Shown: piece by piece, positions 49,500 to 58,629 of the stretch
How positions within the stretch are numbered: position 1 is the first letter of the stretch
Layout of the letters: each line of letters begins with the position of its first letter
Origin: a virus
Length of the DNA: 64,000 nt
Direction: 5' to 3' (one strand)
UHGV virus genome: UHGV-0020835
Position numbers and translations under genes: made by a program
Notes under the pieces: model-generated
Database searches by the model: none
The model's input: the letters and a program-made list of their open reading frames with translations, nothing else
Told to the model about the DNA's origin: nothing

Positions 49500-50021
49500 T
49501 TACGAATTTGGTCGGCCTACATGTTTAATTTTAATTTGGCTATAAGCAATCAAAACAGCATCCGCAATATCATCTTCGTTTTTCGTTGAATAAGCTGACT
49601 TCCATGCTAGATTCATTCCAAACATTTTATTAACTTTTTCAACAGACTTGCGTTTCATTTCAGCCCGTTTTGTGCCTTCTCTTGTTCCATCAAACAATCC
49701 CAGCGGGCTACGCCATTCACTTGGAATTAAAAACATAATAGGCGTATTAAACGAGGCCGCAAGCCCGTAAAAAAATCCTTGCACAGCGCCCAACTGTACA
49801 AGGATTTTAGAATTCTGTGCTTTTAATGGTACGTCTTCCATATATATTTTATCAGGCCGATATTTAGTTAATATTTCTATCAATTTCGGTGCTTGATTCA
49901 CAATGCGCTCACGCCAATCTCGGCCATCGGGCTTAATTACCCCATAATCTATAAGGTCTTTATCTTTAAAAACACTAAATCCAGTGCTACAAGTGCTAGC
50001 GTCTATACCCATAACTACCAT
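49500..50021 (-). CDS. RuvC-like Holliday junction resolvase
   Basis: N-terminal MGIDASTCSTGFSVF carries the GID catalytic-Asp motif. Acidic residues in YMEDVP and DIADAVLIAY are consistent with the RuvC fold. Confidence 0.6.
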   Translation of the reverse strand: MVVMGIDASTCSTGFSVFKDKDLIDYGVIKPDGRDWRERIVNQAPKLIEILTKYRPDKIYMEDVPLKAQNSKILVQLGAVQGFFYGLAASFNTPIMFLIPSEWRSPLGLFDGTREGTKRAEMKRKSVEKVNKMFGMNLAWKSAYSTKNEDDIADAVLIAYSQIKIKHVGRPNS

Positions 50022-50023
50022 AT

Positions 50024-50569
50024 CTATTTATCCTCAAAAGTCACAACTTTCAACGCAACGTGATTGCGTTTATAATTAACACCCTGTTGCCGCAAGCCTT
50101 CTTCAAATATTCTTTTAAAATTCTCTTTTTGCAAACGTTTAAGTAAGGCTTTCCATACATTGCGCTTTTTTGTCCACGCTTGGTCTTTAAACCTAGCAGA
50201 ATTTCTTGCATGCCCAGATTGATAAATCGCACCAGACAGGCCTTCATATATTACTTCGGCTAAATATGTTGTCATAGGTTGTCCATCAATTATAGAACCA
50301 TGGTGTTCCCCATCAACAGTCAACAATCTAGGATCATATTCAAATTTGCCTTCAACATAATTGCCAGTAGATTTAACTTGGGTGTCCCATGCCTCTTTAA
50401 ACTCCCCTGTACGCTCATATTGTTCAGGATAATAGGCCTCATATACAATCGTTCTTACAAGTTCTCTGTTTTCATTCCATATTTTCTGAACAACATAATC
50501 TACAACATTTTTCAGAACGGGCATCAAAATAGCATTAAGTTCAGCATTATTTTTTATTTGATTTGACAT
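50024..50569 (-). CDS. hypothetical protein
   Basis: 181-aa ORF. Confidence 0.4.
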   Translation of the reverse strand: MSNQIKNNAELNAILMPVLKNVVDYVVQKIWNENRELVRTIVYEAYYPEQYERTGEFKEAWDTQVKSTGNYVEGKFEYDPRLLTVDGEHHGSIIDGQPMTTYLAEVIYEGLSGAIYQSGHARNSARFKDQAWTKKRNVWKALLKRLQKENFKRIFEEGLRQQGVNYKRNHVALKVVTFEDK

Positions 50570-50978
50570 TTTTATTCATTACGGCCTTAACCGCCTCACT
50601 ATTCATAACTTGAGGTAACTGGGCAAGAAACTTAATTCCTACTCTAGAAAAAGATTCAGTAAAACCAATGGCCTCATAAACCTGATTTAAATTTACAATT
50701 GTGCTATTAACTTCATCAATGAGGCCACTGGTTAATAGTACGTCATGCCCAATTTGTTCTAACATCTCTTTATTGATATTTGTAGCATGAAACAAAACCA
50801 GCATATCAATATTGGTTTGTCGTTCAGCCCAATTATCATTTTCTTTGCTAATTTTAGTTATAGCATTGACAATCTGCTGAATCTGAGCATAAGTTAGATA
50901 TTGCCGAATATCAATACCATAAGTATTGCTATGAACTACCTTTTCCTTTAACTCTACCATTCCATTCATTCCTTTCAT
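50547..50978 (-). CDS. hypothetical protein (possible tail assembly chaperone)
   Basis: 143 aa. Position between the major tail and tape measure genes. Confidence 0.35.
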   Translation of the reverse strand: MKGMNGMVELKEKVVHSNTYGIDIRQYLTYAQIQQIVNAITKISKENDNWAERQTNIDMLVLFHATNINKEMLEQIGHDVLLTSGLIDEVNSTIVNLNQVYEAIGFTESFSRVGIKFLAQLPQVMNSEAVKAVMNKNVKSNKK

Positions 50979-50982
50979 TCAA

Positions 50983-51384
50983 TCAAAATTTAACATATCG
51001 CGAAGCATATAAGATACCCATTCCCAAAACAACTACAATCCAAGGGAAATTATGCTTTAAATAAGCCCAAATATCAAACTTACCAACCTCTTCCAGAGTT
51101 GTCACCTTAGACTCAACAGTGCTTAACTTATCAGCCGTAGCCTTATTGGCTTTTTCAAAGTCTGCTTTCATTTCTTTCATTTCTCTTGCTTGTTCGTCCA
51201 TTTTATCATTCAACTTAACCATGGACATCTGTACATCTTGCATAGTCTGGGTCAAAATTTCATTGCTTTTGACACTACGCTGAATTAAATCTTGAAGAAA
51301 TGGCCGTGTACTTTCAAGCCGAATGATTCTGTGGTCATGGTCATCTAATTTTGCGTAAATTTTACTGGTCTCGCCCTCTGCCAT
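50983..51384 (-). CDS. hypothetical protein
   Basis: 133-aa coiled-coil protein with a C-terminal TM segment. Confidence 0.35.
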   Translation of the reverse strand: MAEGETSKIYAKLDDHDHRIIRLESTRPFLQDLIQRSVKSNEILTQTMQDVQMSMVKLNDKMDEQAREMKEMKADFEKANKATADKLSTVESKVTTLEEVGKFDIWAYLKHNFPWIVVVLGMGILYASRYVKF

Positions 51385-51394
51385 TATCGCTCCC

Positions 51395-51691
51395 TCACTC
51401 TCTTAATTTATATTCGCCGGATTTCATTTTCCTAACACGGACATAAAGAGGTGTGTGGTCAAATGGATTTTTTACCTTAATGGTTATGTCATTATAATCA
51501 ATATATAGCCAACCCTTGCGCTCATCTCTCACTCTGCAATACCCTATTGGGGTATTTGCTTGTTGCTTGACCTTACAATCGTTAGGCATATTGGGTGAGG
51601 ACTTAAAACCCTTAATCTTGTCACAGTAATACATATAAGGGCATACAGATTGGGTCACTCTACATTGATTCCCACTTACATATTCACACAT
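51395..51691 (-). CDS. hypothetical Cys-rich protein
   Basis: 98 aa. Confidence 0.35.
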   Translation of the reverse strand: MCEYVSGNQCRVTQSVCPYMYYCDKIKGFKSSPNMPNDCKVKQQANTPIGYCRVRDERKGWLYIDYNDITIKVKNPFDHTPLYVRVRKMKSGEYKLRE

Positions 51692-51702
51692 TTCTTACTC
51701 CT

Positions 51703-51742
51703 TAAAAAATTGGGAGGGAAGGTTATTCACCAACCCTCCCAA
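51703..51742 (-). terminator. rho-independent terminator (minus strand) after putative major tail gene
   Basis: Stem ttgggaggg/ccctcccaa flanked on the plus strand by an A6 run, which is a U-run in the minus-strand RNA. Confidence 0.55.
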
Positions 51743-51755
51743 AAGAAAGATTAAA

Positions 51756-52820
51756 TTAAGCAGTAACAGTTACAGTAGCATAGGCGGGGGGCACGTTAGA
51801 AGCGTTCTTCAGAGTAACTTCAATAACAGCCGCACCATCAACAGTGCCAGCAGATACAACACCTTCGGCGCTTACAGAAACACCAGTAGCAGTGGCCGTG
51901 GGGTCGTTCACCTTGGTAAAGTTAAAGTTGCTGTTGCCCTTGCGCTGAGAAGCCATACCTTTACCAAATACGGCACGAACGATTAGAGCCTCAGTGTTAT
52001 TCTGATTCATATCAAGGTCAGCATTTTCAATGGCCAAAGCGATAACGTCATCCTGCCACTTAGCGCCAAAAATCTCTTCGGTCATAGTGCCATAATAGGG
52101 ATCTTCTTCACAAGTATTGCCATCAAGCACGGCAAGAGCCATACCAGTCAAGTTAATAGTTGCGGCAGAAGTAGCAGTTAGAGCAAGATTCTGTTTACCC
52201 TCAAGCTGAAACTGAGGGATATCAACAATCAGACGGCCATAACGAGTAGCATCAGTCTGAGAGCCAACTTTGCCGCTATACAAGTCGGTCATAACAACCA
52301 CGTGCAGAGTAGAGGGCACATACTGAGACTTAATGGTAATGCTTTTAGCGTTCTCGTTTTGATAGAAATACTTAACACAATAAACCTGACCATCAATAGC
52401 ACCAGCGACGGCCATGGTCTTACCAGTGATGGTGCCAACCTGCCAATCATCATCAGTGGGCTTCTTATACCAACCAATCATAGTGCCGTCAAAAGCAACG
52501 GGAGTCTCGGTGACAGTAACAGCACCAGTAGCAGCAGTTAGTTCCTCTTCCTTGACAGAAAGGCCCCCAGACTCAATATTTACGCCCAAAGATAGTGCCA
52601 TGTAATTTAGGTCAAACATTGCATCTGTGAGAGTCGCGGTTAGAGTAGAGTCGTGGAAATAACGACCAAGTAAACCATTACCCCGTCCACCACGAATATC
52701 CTCCGCAATAATAGCAAAGTCGAAGGTACTCTCCGTCAGAGTTTTGGCATAACCAATTAGGTCATCACCCTTAAACAGTAGAGCGGTGCCCACACCAGCC
52801 AGAAAATGATTCTGTGCCAT
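51756..52820 (-). CDS. putative major tail protein
   Basis: 354-aa beta-rich protein followed by a strong terminator, upstream of the chaperone/tape measure region. Confidence 0.4.
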   Translation of the reverse strand: MAQNHFLAGVGTALLFKGDDLIGYAKTLTESTFDFAIIAEDIRGGRGNGLLGRYFHDSTLTATLTDAMFDLNYMALSLGVNIESGGLSVKEEELTAATGAVTVTETPVAFDGTMIGWYKKPTDDDWQVGTITGKTMAVAGAIDGQVYCVKYFYQNENAKSITIKSQYVPSTLHVVVMTDLYSGKVGSQTDATRYGRLIVDIPQFQLEGKQNLALTATSAATINLTGMALAVLDGNTCEEDPYYGTMTEEIFGAKWQDDVIALAIENADLDMNQNNTEALIVRAVFGKGMASQRKGNSNFNFTKVNDPTATATGVSVSAEGVVSAGTVDGAAVIEVTLKNASNVPPAYATVTVTA

Positions 52821-52833
52821 ATAGTTTTCCTCC

Positions 52834-53700
52834 TTATTTATTTACAAAGTTATTGTATTGTTGAGACAAAGCGTCTCCTTGTTCAGTATTTGAAGTAACC
52901 TTTATAGCGTTTACATCGCCGCCCATAGATTGAGCATAGCTGTCGGCATCCGTCATATAACCATCATATTTATCTTTCTTCTTCTTATAAATCCAATGGT
53001 CAATTTCATTGCCCTTACCAGCATACAACAAAATAGGCCGAGTTGTTTCAAACTCAACCTCGCCATAGACTTCTTCAAATAACAGACTGTGACTTCTATA
53101 AGTCATATTCATTTGTTCTTGCTTACTTATCCCACAATGAGCCGTAATAATAGCCATACGCCTCTCAATACTTGGGAGTTCAATACCAGCATTCTTTACA
53201 GCATCCACTTCATTCATCATCTGTTTTATCTCAGGATTGATATATTCATCATCATAATGAATTAAATTCTGATACATGATGATCCTACGAATATTTTCAA
53301 AATCCTTAGACTTAATCTCAATATCACTGTCTTTATCTCTTAAAAAAGGCTTGTTGTTAACATCATAGCCAATTTCAATAGCTTCATTTTCTATGTGCAA
53401 ACAATATTTAAGAATATTCAAAAATTTGCTAATATTCATTTGCTCTTGAAACAGCACCTTATAAATAAAATCAAGATAAGACATCTGGATAATCTCAACT
53501 GAATCGGTGGAATTTTTATCAATGCTAATTACCGACAAACTTGATAAAAAAATTTCACTATTTTTTACAATAATAGGATAAATAAGTAATATTTTATCTT
53601 TTATTTTATATTCAACAGGCAAGTCAAAGTAAAAATATGCTTTGCGATATAGGTCTAAATTAAGATTCGCACCCATACTCCTCACCCGTATCTCCAACAT
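52834..53700 (-). CDS. hypothetical head-tail protein
   Basis: 288 aa. Confidence 0.35.
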   Translation of the reverse strand: MLEIRVRSMGANLNLDLYRKAYFYFDLPVEYKIKDKILLIYPIIVKNSEIFLSSLSVISIDKNSTDSVEIIQMSYLDFIYKVLFQEQMNISKFLNILKYCLHIENEAIEIGYDVNNKPFLRDKDSDIEIKSKDFENIRRIIMYQNLIHYDDEYINPEIKQMMNEVDAVKNAGIELPSIERRMAIITAHCGISKQEQMNMTYRSHSLLFEEVYGEVEFETTRPILLYAGKGNEIDHWIYKKKKDKYDGYMTDADSYAQSMGGDVNAIKVTSNTEQGDALSQQYNNFVNK

Positions 53701-54232
53701 TAACAGCTAAGAAAAGCTGAACGCCAGTAAATGTTTTAGAATTGCCAATAGTGGCACGGCCTAACGCATATCTTGACATATCATCAAGAAACGTTAATTT
53801 ACCAACGCCACCAACCTCAGCGCCATTCAACACAGTCATTACCTTGTTAATAAACAAATCACCCCTGCTAACAGGAATTCCATTATATTCTACAAGGCTC
53901 ATTTGGCCTCCATACAAAAAGTCAAACGCATATACTACTGTGCTACTATATAGCTCTTTGGCATGAATATAATAATCATAGATTTTCAGCACACACTTGC
54001 TTTCACAAATAGCGTCCTCTACAAGTGGCGTAAAGAATACACCAAATTTCTCTTGAGGCCCATTTCGCCAAATCAACTCTAATTTTTGATCAAAAGTCAA
54101 ATTGGGCTTGGATAGGGCATCATAACTATTATATTCCAACAATTTCCACAAATCTTCAGCCGCATCTTGACGGGCAAGATAAACAAGTATATCATAGGGA
54201 ATATAAGGCAAAGCCGATAATGAGTTATACAT
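53660..54232 (-). CDS. hypothetical head-tail protein
   Basis: 190 aa. Confidence 0.35.
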   Translation of the reverse strand: MYNSLSALPYIPYDILVYLARQDAAEDLWKLLEYNSYDALSKPNLTFDQKLELIWRNGPQEKFGVFFTPLVEDAICESKCVLKIYDYYIHAKELYSSTVVYAFDFLYGGQMSLVEYNGIPVSRGDLFINKVMTVLNGAEVGGVGKLTFLDDMSRYALGRATIGNSKTFTGVQLFLAVNVGDTGEEYGCES

Positions 54233-54243
54233 AACTTACCTCC

Positions 54244-55545
54244 TTATCCCATCATGCTTACAGCTTGAATATCAAACTTGGCCGTTTTGCTGATATTATA
54301 TGTTTTATCAACAATAGTGACATTCATTGTTAAGGGCACGGTGCTCCGCTTATTACAAGTCAACTGCCAGCCAGACGTTATTTTCTCGACAGTTAAATAT
54401 TCACTATCTACATTTATTCTAACTGTATCGGGCTTAATTTCTACGCCACCAATGGACACCTTAACATCAAATTCAATAGTTTGATATTCTCTAATCTTAT
54501 TAAAAGCCGGATCAAGATAAATTTCAGGCTCAACAACTAGTTCACCAACAGTAATCTTAATGCTGTCTGTAACGGCCTCGTTACCAGTCAACACAACGGC
54601 AATATCCGCACTCTGACCAACTTCGCCAACCACAGTATAATTACCGTTCTGGTCAATCATAACAATTTCAGGATTACTAGTTTGCCAAATAACAGGCCTA
54701 TTAACCTCTTTGCCATTTAACACAACATCAACAGTCAGAGCGCCAGTAGAGCCAGCACTTAATGTCATGTCAGCGGAATTAATTTTGACCTTATAGTTAT
54801 AGTCCCCGTTATAAGCCACGCCATTAACCAAATCATCGCCATCATGAATCTCGTCCAAATACAAATCAAGATACAGCAAAGTATCATAATCTATAGTTAA
54901 GTTAAGATTCAGGGCATTTTGATAGCCATATAGCTTAAAAGGTCGGCCTCCAAGAACATATCTTGTGTTGGTCTTGAATAACCGCAATGTATTAGCATTA
55001 CCTTGTACCATAACAGTAGCATGGTTATTTGGTGTTAAGACATATCTGGACACCTGTACAGAAGGGCTTGACATATCATAATCTACCACGCAAGGAGCAC
55101 TAAATACAGAGCCATTCTCAGGGTCAACGATTTTTAGAACGTTGTTACATCTTCTTAACCCAGCATCTTGAGCAATGCCACTAAAATGGCCAAATTCATT
55201 GCAAATCCACCAAGAATTGTAAAACTGGTAATACAAGCCACGAGGAACCACATGGTCAATATCACGAAAATAAATCTTGAGAAAATCGCCCGAATCTCTC
55301 ATACCAGTGGTCACATCACCAACAGTTGTCTTAACCCATGCGTCAATAATTTTGTATTCATCAGACCCGATTTCGGCCTGTTCTTTGATTTCTCCACCAT
55401 TCTCAGGCGTTTTTGCGGCATTATTAATCCAAGACTGGTTAATAAAAGATTGAGCCAAATCCCGGTAATAATCGTTTGGAGTGGCCCCGCCAATAGTACT
55501 ATACTCGATAGGCATGACGATAGCCCTCCTTTTCTTTCTCAACAA
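54244..55545 (-). CDS. structural protein with Ig-like (Big_2-type) domain
   Basis: C-terminal Big_2-like segment LTVDVVLNGKEV...WQTSNPEIVMIDQNGNYTVVGEVGQSADIAVVL. Confidence 0.4.
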   Translation of the reverse strand: MLRKKRRAIVMPIEYSTIGGATPNDYYRDLAQSFINQSWINNAAKTPENGGEIKEQAEIGSDEYKIIDAWVKTTVGDVTTGMRDSGDFLKIYFRDIDHVVPRGLYYQFYNSWWICNEFGHFSGIAQDAGLRRCNNVLKIVDPENGSVFSAPCVVDYDMSSPSVQVSRYVLTPNNHATVMVQGNANTLRLFKTNTRYVLGGRPFKLYGYQNALNLNLTIDYDTLLYLDLYLDEIHDGDDLVNGVAYNGDYNYKVKINSADMTLSAGSTGALTVDVVLNGKEVNRPVIWQTSNPEIVMIDQNGNYTVVGEVGQSADIAVVLTGNEAVTDSIKITVGELVVEPEIYLDPAFNKIREYQTIEFDVKVSIGGVEIKPDTVRINVDSEYLTVEKITSGWQLTCNKRSTVPLTMNVTIVDKTYNISKTAKFDIQAVSMMG

Positions 55546-55783
55546 GCTTAATCATGTGCAAGACCACACGCCGAACATCCTCTTGTTTGGCCTCATCGCC
55601 TAAATGAATAAGCCCTTTGATTAAATCACAGATTTCTTCATTGCCCCGCCCAATATACTGAATATATACTCGGCTCAAATAAGACCGATAACACTGCAAA
55701 GCAAAATCATCTTTTTCACGAATAGTCGCTTCAAAAAGGGGCAAAATTTTATAAATTCCATCTACCCGTTTATTCTGACTCAT
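55499..55783 (-). CDS. hypothetical protein
   Basis: 94 aa. Confidence 0.3.
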   Translation of the reverse strand: MSQNKRVDGIYKILPLFEATIREKDDFALQCYRSYLSRVYIQYIGRGNEEICDLIKGLIHLGDEAKQEDVRRVVLHMIKLVEKEKEGYRHAYRV

Positions 55784-55795
55784 ACCCCCACCGCC

Positions 55796-56227
55796 TTAAA
55801 AGCCGTAAGAATCAAGGTCAAGTAGTAGGTACTCTTGTGTTGCCCTATCGACTTCTTCTCTTAGCTTATCAATGACATTTTGCTTTTCCTTAAAATTCTG
55901 AGATTCACTATTATAAGAATACTGATTCTTAATACCCAGCTTTAGCGCAATCTGCGCCGCATTATTGTTTTCTCTTTCCCACCAAGCAATCACCCAATAA
56001 CGAGAAAGAATATAAATCTCAAGATTAGTTAAATCAACACCGAACTCACGAGTTTCAACGTTATAGGTTAGATCTTGCCGACATTCAGTAAATTGAGGAA
56101 GGGCGTTAAAAAGTAGGCCGTCACAGAATTTTTGAAAATTATCATAACTGTTCTCAAACAATTTAGAAATCTTATAATCTTCAACAATACTGAGGGCCAA
56201 TGTTTCAATCTGATCGAAACTTGTCAA
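55796..56227 (-). CDS. hypothetical head-tail connector-region protein
   Basis: 143 aa. Confidence 0.3.
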   Translation of the reverse strand: MTSFDQIETLALSIVEDYKISKLFENSYDNFQKFCDGLLFNALPQFTECRQDLTYNVETREFGVDLTNLEIYILSRYWVIAWWERENNNAAQIALKLGIKNQYSYNSESQNFKEKQNVIDKLREEVDRATQEYLLLDLDSYGF

Positions 56228-56240
56228 CTAACATCACCCC

Positions 56241-56882
56241 TTATTCCTCTTCTTCAGGTGTAATGCTCATTAAATCCTTTCCACAGAGCTTACCAATCTC
56301 AACAACGATATTGGCATCAATAGGTAGGCCATTTAGCTTACGGTTAACAACCATATCCACGATAATCTCTCTCTGTGCCATAGAAGCCTGTTTATAAATC
56401 TCACAAACATCATTGGCGTTCTGCTGAAGCAATTCCTTAAGTTGCTTATCGCTTAGAATTTCCTCATAAACGCCGCTCAGGTCATTCTTATTCACAAACT
56501 CCTTGTCTGCAATATACACCATACCACTTGCAATAGTGTTGGGCATATTAGACAGGATAGCTCTAGCCTCAGACTCAGGAATCATCTTATAGCCAAACTG
56601 CTTATCAATGTGATACATTCTGTTGCCCTTGAGGGTCAGACCACCCGGCACAAGGCTAATAAACTTAATACCACGAGCCGCCTTTTCTTCAATATTTACA
56701 GGATTGGTAGCGGCCTGAGCTTGCATCATGACCTTGATTTGGGCCATCAGATCGGACATCTGTTGTTCCTGTTCAGCAATCTTGGCCTTTAGAGCCTCAT
56801 TTTCTTCAATAGCGGGATTGGTAACTTCAACAGTATCAACAACCTCTGCCTCTGCGGACTTGACTTTCTTAGTGTTAGCCAT
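56241..56882 (-). CDS. hypothetical protein
   Basis: 213 aa with a helical N-terminus, downstream of the capsid terminator. Confidence 0.35.
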   Translation of the reverse strand: MANTKKVKSAEAEVVDTVEVTNPAIEENEALKAKIAEQEQQMSDLMAQIKVMMQAQAATNPVNIEEKAARGIKFISLVPGGLTLKGNRMYHIDKQFGYKMIPESEARAILSNMPNTIASGMVYIADKEFVNKNDLSGVYEEILSDKQLKELLQQNANDVCEIYKQASMAQREIIVDMVVNRKLNGLPIDANIVVEIGKLCGKDLMSITPEEEE

Positions 56883-56913
56883 TTTATTTAATCTCCATTC
56901 TTTCCATTTAATT

Positions 56914-56942
56914 CAAAAAAGGGGCCATATTTCAGGCCCCTT
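56914..56942 (-). terminator. rho-independent terminator (minus strand) after putative major capsid gene
   Basis: Stem aggggcc/ggcccct with an 8-nt loop. The plus-strand A6 run gives a U-run in the minus-strand RNA. Confidence 0.55.
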
Positions 56943-56957
56943 AATAAAAGTTAAAGA

Positions 56958-58055
56958 TTACTCAGTAATCTCATAGCGCCCAACATATGCGGCCCCCACG
57001 AACTCGGCGGAGTAAGACTTACGAAGGGTGAAATTAGTGCTAATATCAGCGTTATCATAGAACTGATTGCTATTGGTTAGAGTGGTGCTCATAGCCATAA
57101 CAACAGGCTTAGCAACAGCGGCAGAAACAACATACAGGGTGTTGTCATTCAGAGCCATACCAAAGTCGGCAGAGCCAGTAGGAGCCTGAGGTAGCTCATA
57201 GATGCCGAAACCATAGAAGTCCTTCACATAAGACACAACGGGGTCGCGGCCATCAATGACCAGACGACCACCTAGAGTGCTGTCGGGCAGAACATTCATT
57301 AGAGCGGCGGCAGTGCCCATAATAACAGGCTTAGCCATCATGTTATAAGCCTGAACACGCTGAGCAAGCTGAACCAGCTTCTTGCCATCAAATGCGCCAG
57401 TCTCCTTGAACTGAGTGGGATAAGTACCAGCGGCCAGGCCAGCGTTCAGAGAAGCGATAATCTCAGCGTTCATATCAAGCTCAATAGAGATGATGATAGC
57501 ACGAACAGCCTCAGCAAGGTCGTCCTTACCAGCCAGAACACGGGCCATATCAACATAAGTAGTGATGATATGCTCAACAGGGCTGATTTCAACGTTGCCA
57601 GCATACTTCTTCTGACGGAAGGAGGTACGCTCACCACGAGCGCCACGAGACACAGTATACAGAGTCTTGGGAGGAATCTTCAGGTTCACAACGTCGGCAT
57701 AACCAACAGTGCGGAAATCCACGAAGGGAGCAAAGGTGGCTTGAACATAAGCGGGCAGAACCACGTTGATAGTGGCATTAATCAGAGCAAAGTTGGCATA
57801 GCGCAGCATGGGATTGGCCAGAGCTACGTCCATGTTGTTCTTATCAATCTTCTGGCCAGAAATACGCTCAAGCTCAGTAAAATAAGCCTCACGAATCAGA
57901 GGGGCCTTCTCAGCAATAGTACGAGACTTATCATAAGAACCCATGTTCTGACCCCACTCTTCAGCGGCCTTATGATTATGATAGTCAGCGAAAGCAGTAT
58001 AGAAAGTGGTATCGCCCTTGGCGAAAGCCACAACTTCATTAGGCATAACAGACAT
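56958..58055 (-). CDS. putative major capsid protein
   Basis: 365 aa, followed by a strong terminator. Position between the scaffold/protease and head-tail genes. Confidence 0.45.
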   Translation of the reverse strand: MSVMPNEVVAFAKGDTTFYTAFADYHNHKAAEEWGQNMGSYDKSRTIAEKAPLIREAYFTELERISGQKIDKNNMDVALANPMLRYANFALINATINVVLPAYVQATFAPFVDFRTVGYADVVNLKIPPKTLYTVSRGARGERTSFRQKKYAGNVEISPVEHIITTYVDMARVLAGKDDLAEAVRAIIISIELDMNAEIIASLNAGLAAGTYPTQFKETGAFDGKKLVQLAQRVQAYNMMAKPVIMGTAAALMNVLPDSTLGGRLVIDGRDPVVSYVKDFYGFGIYELPQAPTGSADFGMALNDNTLYVVSAAVAKPVVMAMSTTLTNSNQFYDNADISTNFTLRKSYSAEFVGAAYVGRYEITE

Positions 58056-58111
58056 ATTTATAATCTCCTTTATTATTTTATTTTAATCAGTTTGTTAGTT
58101 TACTATTAAGA

Positions 58112-58603
58112 TTAGACTAGCTTCATTAGAACCCAAGTCTTGACAAACTCGCCGCCAATGTCCATGGTACGAGCGCCAAGAATCTGGAAATGAGCATTAG
58201 CCGCAGTAGAAGCAGCAGTTAGCTTACCAGTGGTCTGAACGTTTGCGTAGGTCTCGGTGGTAGGTTCAGCAGTGAAAGCACCAGCAGAAACCTCAATGCA
58301 ATCACCCTTGATTAAACGCTTAACAGAGATGGGCTTACCAGCCTCGTTGGTGAAATAACGGGGATCATCATAGACCTGAGCATCCACGTTGTAGCCCTGA
58401 GGAGGAGTGCCAGCAACGAGGTCGGGGTTAGCACCAGCAGTAACAGTAAACTCATAAGCGCCATCACCAGCGGGAGACATAGCACCCAGATTCAGGAAAG
58501 TGCCGTTATCAATATCGGTGGTGGCAATGCCGCACAGATTCAGAGAATCTACGTCCCAGTACGCACAATGAGTGCCATTTAGAATAATGTGGTTCTTAGC
58601 CAT
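58112..58603 (-). CDS. putative head decoration / capsid accessory protein
   Basis: 163-aa Gly/Ala/Thr-rich ORF immediately upstream of the capsid gene. Confidence 0.35.
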   Translation of the reverse strand: MAKNHIILNGTHCAYWDVDSLNLCGIATTDIDNGTFLNLGAMSPAGDGAYEFTVTAGANPDLVAGTPPQGYNVDAQVYDDPRYFTNEAGKPISVKRLIKGDCIEVSAGAFTAEPTTETYANVQTTGKLTAASTAANAHFQILGARTMDIGGEFVKTWVLMKLV

Positions 58604-58629
58604 AATTAAATTTCTCCTTTATTATTTTA

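Noticed and set aside
50547-51384. Search for a programmed -1 frameshift (G/GT-type) among the chaperone-sized genes upstream of the tape measure gene
   Set aside because: The overlaps 50983/50978 and 50569/50547 lack an X_XXY_YYZ slippery heptamer in the zero frame, and the alternate frames hit stop codons immediately. The downstream ORFs have their own start codons.
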